Source: Phyllobates terribilis (taxonomy: Eukaryota). Taken from it: a DNA stretch of 64,000 nt. The stretch's first letter is position 1. Each line of letters opens with the position of its first letter. The stretch is taken from contig NW_027362846.1 of the NCBI RefSeq assembly GCF_046119375.1, forward strand, positions 6,014,001-6,078,000, in the 5' to 3' direction. Below are positions 12,044 through 22,854 of the stretch, one piece after another. Both the position numbers and the translations under genes were made by a program. The notes under the pieces were generated by a model. That model ran no database searches. It had not been told where the DNA came from and saw only the letters and a program-made list of their open reading frames with translations.

Positions 12044-12782
12044 CAAGTCCTTTGTATTGATCTCACATGTATTTATACATATAAGTGAGATCTCCTCTGA
12101 GGTTTCATTTTTGTAAGCTAAAAAAGCCCTACTTTTCCAACCTCTCATCATATGAGAGGCCTCCGTCCCTTGTAATAATCTAGCTGCCGCCTTTGAACTG
12201 ACTCTGTTTTAAAATGTGAAGCCCAAAACTGGATCCCACATTCTAGATGTGGCCTCACAAGTTATTTGTAGTGACTACTACAGATTAAATGCAGCTATAC
12301 TTTGCAGCTTTGCTCTTAGTGTTTCTAACCTGCAGACACCAGAACAAATAACAGTTGATTACGGGGTTGTTAGATGTTGGACCCTACCGATCTCCTATGG
12401 ATGACCGATCCAATGAATCAGTATTCTGTGACCAAACAACCACTTTAATCATCTGTACTCCCCACCATGCTGAGTCTTCACAAGTTGATTCACAAGCTTG
12501 TGTATAACGGTGATGAACATCATCTGAGCTTGCCCATCATCTGAAGCCTCAGTTTTACGCCACTGGATACAACTCTGGTAGACTCCATACTAAATAAGGA
12601 AGGAGTCACTGACTGTGGTGGCCCCTCCCCGGGCCGTGGCGATTGGTGACCCCCCTTCGCTGCCCCTTACTGACCAGTGATCCTGAAGTCCCCGGAAGGG
12701 TCCAATAGAGCGGAAGGGATGGCTGCTACAAGCCGTCCCATGGATACATAAACACCGGGACATCCCACCTTCCTCCCTTTCT

Positions 12783-15512
12783 TTGTTGGTCCCGGAGTCG
12801 AACATCGATATGGACAATCCTGGATCAGGTCAGATTGCTGAGGCCCTCCAGGCTGGGTTTGCACAGGGGGGCGAGCGCTGGTTACAGGCCCTAATGTCTG
12901 GGCTCAGCGCTCATCCTCCTGGCCCCAGCTTTAAATCCCCGATCACCCTGCTCCAGGCCCTCAACCTCTCATGGGACTATCTTGCTCCCCAGACCCAGTC
13001 CCCTCTCCCCTTGGGCCCACTCACCCACTCCAGCAGGAGGAATTACCCACAGTTTGCCGATTCCCACACCTGGGACTTGGGGCTTCATTCCTGTCCCCCG
13101 TTCTCGCCTGGCCACTGTAGCCACACAGCGGCAGAGGTCTCAGGTGGCTGCGCGCCCCGGCGCTGGGGAGCTGGCGGCCGTTTTGAAGCGTCGTGCGCGC
13201 GCTGGTGCCGGGGAGCGGGCGGCCGCGTCGGTCCGACGGGCGCATGCCGGCGGGGGCGCTCAGCTGCGGCGGTGCGACGGGCACTGTTCGGCGAGGTGCT
13301 GGGGGGTTTTGCGCCGCGGTCACGCGCAGGAACTGGGGAGCGGGCGCGCGACTCCTCTGGCCCGGATATGCTTCCTGGGGGAGGCGTGACTAGAGAGCCT
13401 GTAGCGCATCACGTGACTCGGCAGGCCGCGCCCCCCAGTCCAGGATGCTGCGGGGCAGAGGAGGAGGCTGCTCCTCATGCGGCGGCGGGCCCTGCGCCTC
13501 ACTCACAGCGGGCGCAGGGCTCCGCTGCACTAATACCTGAAGGTGTGCTGTCTGCAGGGTCTGCGGCGGGCGCAGAGCGGATTCAGGGCTCCTGCCCGCC
13601 GCCAGCTCTGGAGACAGCACAGAGCCCATTGTTCCCCACCCCCAAGACCACTCCTGTCCCACATCCCGCCGAGGAGCGCCCTGGAGAGCAGAGGTCCAGC
13701 CGGCACTCCCGCCCTCCAGAGCGCTTTAGGCACAGCACCTCGCAGCCTCACAGAAAAAGCTGCTGGCCAGATATTACACAGTCCTCACCCCCTCAGCACA
13801 CAGCAGGGGCTGTGGCAGAGCAGAGCCCCAGACAGGAATCCTCTGCCGGGGGCTGTGCTCTGCCTCCCCCCCAAACACTCCCCCGCAGAAACCCCTCTAA
13901 TAAAAATAACAGAAAAAGTTCCCAAAACAGAACACATGACATTACACAACCAGGGGACATAGCGGCCCCTGTAATCACCGCAGCCCATCTATCGCCCATT
14001 CCCGGTATCAATACCCCCCTAATGGACACTACGCGCAGCTTAAACGCTTCAGCGCCCATCCTCGCCTCCTCCATGTACCCCTATAATAGCGCAGCGACGC
14101 ACGCGCCTGACACCGCTATAGCATCGCAGCGCCCATTTGATCATTTATCAGTTAATGTTCCCCTGACCCCCTCCAGCTGGCCACAAATAGCACCAGCATG
14201 TCCCGGCGGGACGCTTGTAAATGGCGCAGAACCCCCCATACACCCTCAGGCACAGAGAGACTCCAGGCATACTCGCTCCAGGCGAACTCGCTGTAGTTCC
14301 TCCTCCGACAGATCTACGCCATCGCACACAAGTCACCGGCGAAGGAAGCGGTCGTATCAAACAAAGCGGAGATCGGCATCCCACAGGAGGGGTCGCAGGT
14401 CAAGGTCCTCAAGGTGGCGCTCACCATCCTCCATTTCAGAGATGTCGAGCGCATCGTCAAGCCCCTATAGCCGCCTGCTCCGATCCCGTCCTCCGTGGGA
14501 CAGAAATAGTACAATGGCACCCTCCAGAGCTTACAGCCTGCACGATGCATCGATTTCACGCAGGTCTACGAGCAGAGGCACGCCGCTCACCCCTCTCGAG
14601 TCTGGTGCCGGAGTTCCTCCACACATCGGAGTCCCTCCTCCAGCCGCAGGAATTGGTGAGTGCAATATGATGATAACTGAAATGGGAAATAGTAACAGCA
14701 ACTTAATAGCGGCCCTTAAGGCCCTGGTCGAACAACTATCCGCGCCACCCGGCGCAATACATAATTCTACGAAAACAACTCCACCATTAGCCAGTATACA
14801 CAAGGACGCATTCTTTTGCGGGATTAGCCCACTAGGTTCACACATAGACGAGGAAACAAGAATTAAAATTTGGAATAATGACTACATCGACATTTGGTCA
14901 CTAGTATCCACGGACCAACATACTATAGACAAAGAGAGAAGGATAGATGACAGACCATTCGACAGAAACAGGCAAAGGGTCGCAAAGACAATGAGTAACT
15001 GGTTACATGTGTTCTCAGTGCTGGGTTGTATAATGGGCCAAAAGCATCCGGAACGCTGCTCGGAACTATTCATACACCAGGATACAGTGTATAACTCGTA
15101 CAAAGCCCACGGCGGTTCAGCGTGGTGGCGCTACGATGAAGAGTTCCGGAGGCGGTTGGCCCTGCAACCACAGCTGGGCTGGGGGGTAAAAGCTACAGAC
15201 GTATGGTTGCGACTAATGCTGTCACAGAAACACCATCCCTTTCCAACTACGACTACTGGACAACCGGCAACAGCAGGCCAAAATTCAGTGGTCGTACGTA
15301 GACCAGGGGCCTGCTGGAAGTACAACGAGGGACATTGTCGCTTTTACGCCTTATCCAGATACAAGCATGAATGCTCAGCCTGCGGAGGAGCCCACCCTGC
15401 AGCGAGATGTTCTCGCCCCGCAAGCAAATTATCAATTAAACTCCCACAGTCAGAATCCAAGGACCCCGGTGAGCGTAAACGCGATGGGCCCCTGGCTAGA
15501 CCAATATCCTAA
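12783..15512 (+). CDS. Ngaro Gag-like ORF1
   Basis: 909-aa open frame (first ATG ~12810); Arg/Ser-rich middle; IWNNDYIDIWSL, WWRYDEEFRRR; C-terminal CWKYNEGHC...HECSACGGAHPAARC zinc finger. Confidence 0.82.
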   Translation: MLVPESNIDMDNPGSGQIAEALQAGFAQGGERWLQALMSGLSAHPPGPSFKSPITLLQALNLSWDYLAPQTQSPLPLGPLTHSSRRNYPQFADSHTWDLGLHSCPPFSPGHCSHTAAEVSGGCAPRRWGAGGRFEASCARWCRGAGGRVGPTGACRRGRSAAAVRRALFGEVLGGFAPRSRAGTGERARDSSGPDMLPGGGVTREPVAHHVTRQAAPPSPGCCGAEEEAAPHAAAGPAPHSQRAQGSAALIPEGVLSAGSAAGAERIQGSCPPPALETAQSPLFPTPKTTPVPHPAEERPGEQRSSRHSRPPERFRHSTSQPHRKSCWPDITQSSPPQHTAGAVAEQSPRQESSAGGCALPPPQTLPRRNPSNKNNRKSSQNRTHDITQPGDIAAPVITAAHLSPIPGINTPLMDTTRSLNASAPILASSMYPYNSAATHAPDTAIASQRPFDHLSVNVPLTPSSWPQIAPACPGGTLVNGAEPPIHPQAQRDSRHTRSRRTRCSSSSDRSTPSHTSHRRRKRSYQTKRRSASHRRGRRSRSSRWRSPSSISEMSSASSSPYSRLLRSRPPWDRNSTMAPSRAYSLHDASISRRSTSRGTPLTPLESGAGVPPHIGVPPPAAGIGECNMMITEMGNSNSNLIAALKALVEQLSAPPGAIHNSTKTTPPLASIHKDAFFCGISPLGSHIDEETRIKIWNNDYIDIWSLVSTDQHTIDKERRIDDRPFDRNRQRVAKTMSNWLHVFSVLGCIMGQKHPERCSELFIHQDTVYNSYKAHGGSAWWRYDEEFRRRLALQPQLGWGVKATDVWLRLMLSQKHHPFPTTTTGQPATAGQNSVVVRRPGACWKYNEGHCRFYALSRYKHECSACGGAHPAARCSRPASKLSIKLPQSESKDPGERKRDGPLARPIS

Positions 15513-17045
15513 GAAAGACGCGGCGGGGCAGTTACGTTTTGGTTTCACATACGGTTTTTTCATCCCCTTCAAACTTAATAAAATGTCCACCTTTGCAAAT
15601 AACCTTAAATCTGCAAGAGAGCACCCCGAAATACTTAGGAAAAAAATACAAAAAGAAGTAGCCCTAGGCAGAATAGCGGGCCCCTTCCCAACACCACCAT
15701 TCAGTAATCTAAGAGTTTCCCCTCTGGGATTAATCCCCAAAAAAGAGGCTCATTACGTCTAATCCATCATTTATCTTACCCGAAAGGAGAGTCTATAAAT
15801 GACGGTATTTCGTCTGAAGACGCCTCGGTCTCCTACGCGTCGTTCGACAGAGCAGTAATGTTAGTACGCGATGCGGGGCCCGGAGCGCTGCTCGCTAAAT
15901 CCGACATAGAATCCGCCTTTCGCCTACTTCCGGTGCACCCAGATTGCTACCACCTGTTAGGATGCCAAGTGGACAACGACTACTTCTACGACACTTGCCT
16001 CCCAATGGGTTGTTCAATATCTTGCTATTACTTCGAGTTATTCAGTTCCATCCTGGAATGGGTGCTGAGGTATGAAACCGGCAATAGGTCCATCACACAT
16101 TACCTAGATGACTTCCTATTCGTCGGACCCAAAGACTCAAATCAATGCCAATCACTACTGAACTAATTCACAAACATCTCGTGAAGGTTCGGAGTCCCTT
16201 TATGCCCAACAAAAACCATAGGCCCCACAACAAAGCTTTCGTTCTTAGGCATCGAAATCGACACAACGGAAAGGTTGTTCCACCTCCCAACAGAAAAAAT
16301 TCAAAAAACGCTGCACCTCATCGAGGGATTTTGCGCGGTACGGAAAGTAACACTACAACAGATGCAAGTGTTACTAGGCCTCCTCGTGTTCGCGAGCCGG
16401 GTGATGCCAGTTGGAAGGGTTTTTTCTCGTCGCTTATCCCTCGCAACAAAACGTGCATTAAAACCGAGTCATAGAATCAGAATCACCAGGCAGCTTCGGG
16501 CGGACTTAGAGGTGTGGAAAACCTTCTTACAATCATTCAACTGGCACATGTTATTTATGTCAGAGGAGCAGTCCAACATTGAATTAAGATTATTCACCGG
16601 GACGGCAGAATCAGGCGGATATGCAGCGATACTAGAAAACCAATGGAGCACAGGCTTATGGCCTCCGTATTGGTCTGAACAAGGGTTTAGAAGTAACCAC
16701 ACACTACTAGAACTCTTCTCAATAGTGGTAACAATAGAAATATGGAGTACGCACCTGGCGAACAAAAATATACGCTTCATAACAAGAAACACCAGCCTAG
16801 CGCACTTCATTATTAATATGGCATCATCGTCTCTCCCAGTGCTAGGCCTACTACACCGGCTAGCATTCCTGTGCCTAAAACACAATGTATGGGTCCGCGC
16901 TAGCCACGATGCTGAGGGGTCTAACGCTGCTGCTAACGCTTTATCACAATTCAATTGGCAGGTTTTCAGAGAGCTCCTCCCCAACGCACATCCGTCGGGC
17001 ACCACTTGCCCCCAATCCCTCTGGGATTTAGTGGCGAACAGCTGA
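15367..17045 (+). pseudogene. Ngaro RT / RNase H (frameshifted)
   Basis: GRIAGPF, SPLGLIPKK, KSDIESAFRLLP, LPMGCSIS, YLDDFLFVG; RNase H-like LFTGTAES, LLELFSIVV, NAAANALS. Overlaps the 3' end of gag in another frame. Confidence 0.88.
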
Positions 17046-17932
17046 TGCCATTAATAAGAGCGTCAGTTGCCCCGTCGATGTGGCAAGCATACGGTAAGGC
17101 ATGGGAAGAGTGGACACGACTAGTAGCATGCAGACGGGTTGACCAATGTGAACAAGCCAGATCACAAGTCACCATAGAATTTCTCCACCAGTTAGTGATG
17201 AGGGGCATATCAGGGGCGTCAGCGCAGCGGAGTCTGACCGGAGTAGCATTTCACTTTCAACTACTGAATTGGGGAGATGTGACAAAGAGATTCATCATTA
17301 GACAATCCATAAAAGGGTGGAAAAGGGGTCAGCCAAGTCAGGAGTGTAGACGTCCCGTCCCGTGTCACTAAAACTGATTTCTCACATCATATCCCTAACA
17401 CCATTAACATGACACTCACAATTTGAAGCAACACTACTGTCTACTGCAATTGCGATCGCCTTCTTCGGGGCGCTACGCATAAACGAATTAGTCCTTCAAT
17501 CCAAAATCACCACCAGTGGAGGCTTATTACACCAGGACGTAGTCATAGCCAATAATGCAATATGCATACGCATGCGCAAATCCAAAACGGACCCAGCGGG
17601 CAGGGGCACTTGGGTACTTCTACAACCCACAAACGGTACGCTGAGTCGGGTAACAATAGTAAAAAACATATACAGCCATCAGGCCACAAAGTAATTTCTT
17701 CCTATCACACATTGACGGAACTCCATTATCAAGATACCAGTTCCAATCTATATTTAATAAATGCCTAACATCAGCAGGGAACCACCCCAAAGATTACGGG
17801 ACACACTCATTTCGCATAGGCGCAGCCACGGATGCAGCAAGAGCAGGACTGTCAGAAACGGAAGTGCAGAGGATAGGGAGATGGCAATCCGCGTGTTTTG
17901 CGAGATACATAAGACCGGACTTGTTGTCCTAA
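17040..17932 (+). pseudogene. Tyrosine recombinase (frameshift and stops)
   Basis: Catalytic set readable: FFGALRINE (R), RKSKTD (K), GTHSFRIGAAT (HxxR), GRW, ARYIRP (Y); stop at 17930-17932. Confidence 0.9.
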
Positions 17933-17953
17933 CGTCATTTGTTTCTTTTACAG

Positions 17954-18580
17954 GTCACACAAAGCCAACAGTTTGGGTGATAGGCCATTCGTATATATAC
18001 TGGGCAGAAAAAAGGGCGAGTCCGCCCAGGCGGGAGGAATATGGGGTTTCATAACACATATTTCAACTGGAGAGGTATTAGAGGCCTGCTATGGCCACAG
18101 GTGCTAATGGAGGTGATCGAGATAGGGAGAGAAGCGACAGGTCCGGTCATATTAGTGATACATGCCGGGGGAAACGACCTAGGTCATCACAAGAGCGCAG
18201 AACTAATGGCAATAATGAAGCTAGACACTGAGCGCTTCAAATAATTTTTTAGAAAACTAACGATAGTATGGTCTGAGATGGTGCCGAGAGCGGTATGGTG
18301 AGGTGCGCGAGACATCACGGCCATCGAACGGACAAGGCGGGTAATAAATATTCGGATGGCAAAATTTGTAAAAGAAAGAGGTGGTGTAGTGATAAGACAC
18401 CGACAACTGGAAGGAGATAAAGCAGGCCTCATACGGCCCGACGGTGTTCACTTAACAGATATTGGACTGGACATATTCCTGTCAGGACTCCAGGACGGAG
18501 TGGAACAAGCGTTAAGAGTGATGGATGGGGGTCAGAGTCCTGCATACGAGTACGCTGGATCCTCTGTGGCCTGGAAATAG
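17954..18580 (+). pseudogene. SGNH/GDSL hydrolase ORF of the Ngaro element (no own ATG; frameshift and stops)
   Basis: Blocks VWVIGHSY (Ser), GIRG (Gly), HAGGND (Asn), PDGVHL (DxxH). Confidence 0.85.
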
Positions 18581-19338
18581 AAAGGACATGTTGGAGAGTT
18601 ACACTTGTTGGCCAACTTGCCGGTGTGGAGACACAGGGCATGCTGCAACAAGCCGAATTATTGTGGAATAAAATGCCTTTCTAATGGAATGAGTATAAAG
18701 AATTAATAAAGCTGTGACCGATCCTCACCCATCCAGTTGTAAGAGTTACATTATTGTATTGTTAAAGGGGGGAGAGCGGTAGGGGGGCTGAGCGTCGGGG
18801 TTTGGTTTGGGGTCCTCACAGTCTCCATATTCACCCCAGTTCTTTTGACACAGAGGTAACTTGAACATTCTTCAGTCTTGTAGCCATTGTGCAGGTTTGA
18901 GTCCTCTATCGGGGTCATTTCAGGAACCACTAAAGCTTATCTGAAGGTTTTATTATGGGGGGTATATGGTACAAGAAAATAAACTGGGACTCTATTGTTT
19001 AACCCCTTCTTGTGATGTGCATTACCAGATAAAGACAGTTTGGCAAAGTACACTGCTCAAAAAAATAAAGGGAACACTTAACACAATGTAACTTCAAGTC
19101 AATAACACTTCTGTGAAATCTACCTGTCCAGTTATGAAGCGACTGATTGTGAATCAATTTCTCCTGCTGTTGTGCAAATGGAACAGACAACCGGTAGAAA
19201 TGATCGGCAATTAGCTAGATAAAGGAGCAGTTCTGCAGGTGGTGACCACAGACCATTTCTCTGTTCTCATCCTTTTTAGATGTTGTTTTGATCACTTTTT
19301 CATTTTGCCATTGCTCTCACCTCTAGAGGTACAGTAGC

Positions 19339-20350
19339 ATGAGACGGTGTCTACAGTACAACCCACAGAAGTTGCTCAGGTAGTGCAGTTCATCCAGGAT
19401 GGCACATCAGTTCTAGCTGTGGAAAGAAGGTTAGCTGTGTCTGTCAGCACAGTGTCCAGATCATGGAGCAGATACCAGGAGATGTGGAGGGAGCCATAGG
19501 AGGGCAACAACCCAGGAGCAGGACCACTACCTCCTCCTTTGTGCAAGGAGGAACAGGAGGAGCACTGCCAGAGCTCTGCAAAATGACCTCCAGCAGGCCA
19601 TAAATGTGCATGTGTCTGCACAAACGGTTAGAAACCGACTCCATGAGCGTGGTATGAGGGCCCGACGTCCACAGATGGAGGTTGTGCTCACAGCCCAACA
19701 CCGTGCAGGACGCTTGACATTTGCCACAGAACACCAGGATTGGCAAAGTCGCCACTGGCGCCCTGTGCTCTTCACAGATGAAAGCAGGTTCACACTGAGC
19801 ACATGTGACAGACGTGACAGAGTCTGGAGACGCCGTGGAGAGCAATCTGCTGCCTGCAACATCCTTCAGCATGACCGGTCTGGCAGTGGGTCAGTAATGG
19901 TGTGGGGTGGCATTTCTTTGGAGGGCCGCACAGCCCTCCATGTGCTCACCAGAGGTAGCCTGACTGCCATTAGGTACCGAGATGAGATCCTCAGACCCCT
20001 TGTGAGACCATATGCTGGTGCGGTTGGCCCTGGGTTCCTCCTAATGCAGGACAATGCCAGACCTCATGTGGCTGGAGTGTGTCAGGAGTTCCTGCAAGAT
20101 GAAGGCATTGAAGCTATGGACTGGCCCGCCCGTTCCCCAGACCTGAATCCGATTGAGCACATCTGGGATATCATGTCTCGCTCCATCCACCAACGTCACG
20201 TTGCACCACAGACTGTCCAGGAGTTGGCGGATGCTTTAGTCCAGGTCTGGGAGGAGATCCCACAGGAGACCATCCGCAACCTCATCAGGAGCATGCCCAG
20301 GCATTGTAGGGAGGTCATACAGGCACGTGGAGGCCACACACAATACTCAG
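19339..20350 (+). pseudogene. Tc1 transposase (N-terminus frameshifted, catalytic domain open 19606 onward)
   Basis: ATG at 19339; ORF 19606..20451 carries the DDE domain and runs into the tandem array. Confidence 0.85.
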
Positions 20351-21208
20351 CCTCATCAGGAGCATGCCTAGGCGTTGCAGGGAGGTCATACAGGCACGTA
20401 GAGGCCACACACAATACTCAGCCTCATCAGGAGCATGCCCAGGCGTTGTAGGGAGGTCATACAGGCACGTGGAGGCCACACACAATGCTCAGCCTCATCA
20501 GGAGCATGCCCAGGCATTGTAGGGAGGTCATACGGGCACGTGGAGGCCACACACAATACTGAGCCTCATCAGTAGCATGCCCAGGCATTGTAGGGAGGTC
20601 ATACAGGCACGTAGAGGCCACACACAATACTCAGCCTCATCAGGAGCATGCCCAGGCGTTGTAGGGAGGTCATACAGGCACGTGGAGGCCACACACAATA
20701 CTCAGCCTCATCAGGAGCATGCCTAGGCGTTGTAGGGAGGTCATACAGGCACGTGGAGGCCACACACAATACTCAGCCTCATCAGGAGCATGCCCAGGCG
20801 TTGTAGGGAGGTCATACAGGCACGTGGAGGCCACACACAATACTCAGCCTCATCAGGAGCATGCCCAGACGTTGTAGGGAGGTCATACAGGCACGTGGAG
20901 GCCACACACAATACTCAGCCTCATCAGGAGCATGCCCAGGCGTTGTAGGGAGGTCATACAGGCACGTGGAGGCCACACATAATACTCAGCCTCATCAGGA
21001 GCATGCCCAGGCGTTGTAGGGAGGTCATTCAGACACGTGGAGGCCACACACAATACTCAGCCTCATCAGGAGCATGCCCAGGCGTTGTAGGGAGGTCATA
21101 CAGGCACGTAGAGGCCACACACAATACTCAGCCTCATCAGGAGCATGCCTAGGCGTTGTAGGGAGGTCATACAGGCACGTGGAGGCCACACACAATACTC
21201 AGCCTCAT
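20280..21208. repeat. 71-bp tandem array, 13 units, inside the Tc1 element
   Basis: cctcatcagg recurs at 20280, 20351, 20422, 20493 and so on; terminal cctcat at 21203; (21203-20280)/71=13. Confidence 0.95.
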
Positions 21209-22029
21209 TGTGACTTGTTTTAAGAACATTACATCACAGTTGGATCGGCCTGTAGTGAGTTTTTCCACTTTAATTTTGGGGGTGACTCCAAATCCAGGCC
21301 TCCATTGGTTAATAAATGTGATTTCCATTGATGATTTTTGTGTGATTTTGTTGTCAGCACATTCAACTTTGTACAGAACAAAGTGTTCAATGAGAAGATT
21401 TTATTCATTCAGATCTAGGATGGGTTACTTGAGTGTTCCCTTTATTTTTTTGAGCAGTGTATATAATCCTGAGAACATAAGGCAGGGATGTCAAGCTCCA
21501 ACACACAGAGGGTCAAAATGAAAAACTTGGACAAAGTCACGGGTCAACCAATATACAGTATGATGGGTCCCACCTAGTCCTCCATAGAAATAATAGCCCC
21601 ACATGGGGTTGGCATGTCAGAGTGAGGAGACTTATAAGCCATGCATGCTCCTCTGGGAAATTGTGGAGCTAGAGCTCTAGTCCTCTTCCTCTCTGAAGAG
21701 GCTGCTTTACAAAAGTAATTGATAAGTAACACCAGAACTTTCCTGGCACAGTCAAAAGTGTTTAATCCACGAAAGTGTGTAAAATGACCAGACCGCGCTC
21801 CTAAAGTTAACTTACACCCAGCTCACTTCAAGAGGTTGCACTAAATTGCGGAGGAGCCATCATCAAAATGATTGGGGCGACAATAGACTACCGTAAGTGC
21901 GTTGTGCATCATTTGATGATACAGGGGCAAGTAAACAGAAGACCCGACCAGAAGCGCACTAATGCTTAAGAAACAAGCATTCCTTACATGTATTAAAGCT
22001 GTCAAACAGTCGCAAATCATGCACACGGG

Positions 22030-22110
22030 AGTGATACGCTGAAAATACTCGGTACTCGCCCGAGCATACTCGCCGAAAGGGTTAACTGAACATACTCGCT
22101 CATCACTAGT
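22030..22110. mobile_element. MITE terminal fragment (same TIR as 4814)
   Basis: ...catactcgctcatcactagt. Confidence 0.55.
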
Positions 22111-22854
22111 CAGCACACTACGGCCCCCTCCAGGGCTCAACACCCTTATCGACCCATCTTTCCAACACAAGGTTTGGCACATAGAGAGGTAGGACATATA
22201 GTCGTTAGGGACCATCCATATTAAAAGGTCACCTTGACGTGGTTGGAAGCTTTGTGCTTGTTGATCAAAAACCACTAACTAAGCACCTAATGTTTACAGA
22301 AATATTGGAGTTCATGTAATCAGTAGTCGCAGTGCGCTGACACATCGAGTATTAGTATGTTGGTATATTGGCCACATAGAGGATTAATTAAATACTAAAG
22401 GTGTGCGGGTCCTATTTTTTTTGTATTATCCATTGTACAATATTCCACAGCTACGACTCTCTCATTTCATTCAACAGAAGCCGCCTATGTGGTCAATTCG
22501 TTTCATCATTTATACCTTATTCAGGACATTCTGCAACAACTGGGCGTCGCCTTACTGGAAAGGGGCGTGGTCTAGAGCGAGGCACCGCGCACTGAAAGAT
22601 GCTGCAAAACGGAAGCACACATTCCTGGCACAAAGGAAGCGCCACCTAGTGGTTTGTGTAAACTTAGCCTAAACACGTGCACATTGATCAAACAGCATGA
22701 ACCTGCGATAAATCTGCCCCATCGTCTCCACTGCCTCAATGAAGAGCTCAGCATGGATGAAATAAAGGAGGCGCAGTGTCAGGCCTAGGGCTCGTTCACA
22801 CCTCTGCTGTTCACGTTCATGTTCTATCCATGTTTTTGACAGACAGAATATAAA

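Larger units (their letters stand above)
10955..12330 (-). mobile_element. CR1 LINE 3' fragment, split by a solo LTR
   Basis: gtccatcgaattcaacc 3'UTR and ttccacagtctcactgctctaactgtaaagaacc match CR1 3' ends (compare 62150-62500). RT C-terminal remnant (tgtggcctcacaag, ttcca) continues after 12048. Confidence 0.8.
12590..18815 (+). mobile_element. Ngaro-type (DIRS order) tyrosine-recombinase retrotransposon with SGNH hydrolase, near full length, mildly decayed
   Basis: Overlapping ORFs in the order gag, RT, RNase H, YR, SGNH; AATAAA at ~18722. Terminal boundaries approximate; split direct repeats not seen. Confidence 0.88.
19051..21459 (+). mobile_element. Tc1-like (DD34E) transposon with both TIRs and TA TSD
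   Basis: TA|CACTGCTCAAAAAAATAAAGGGAACACT ... AGTGTTCCCTTTATTTTTTTGAGCAGTG|TA; transposase [23 protein letters not shown] with D-34-E spacing. Confidence 0.95.

Noticed and set aside
12590-18815. Split direct repeats expected of Ngaro elements
   Set aside because: Only a 14-nt resemblance (gctgc(t/a)acaagccg) between the ends was visible, not enough to claim terminal repeats.
20280-21208. Regular repeats as a CRISPR array
   Set aside because: Units are head-to-tail with no unique spacers, derive from transposase sequence, and lie in a eukaryotic context.
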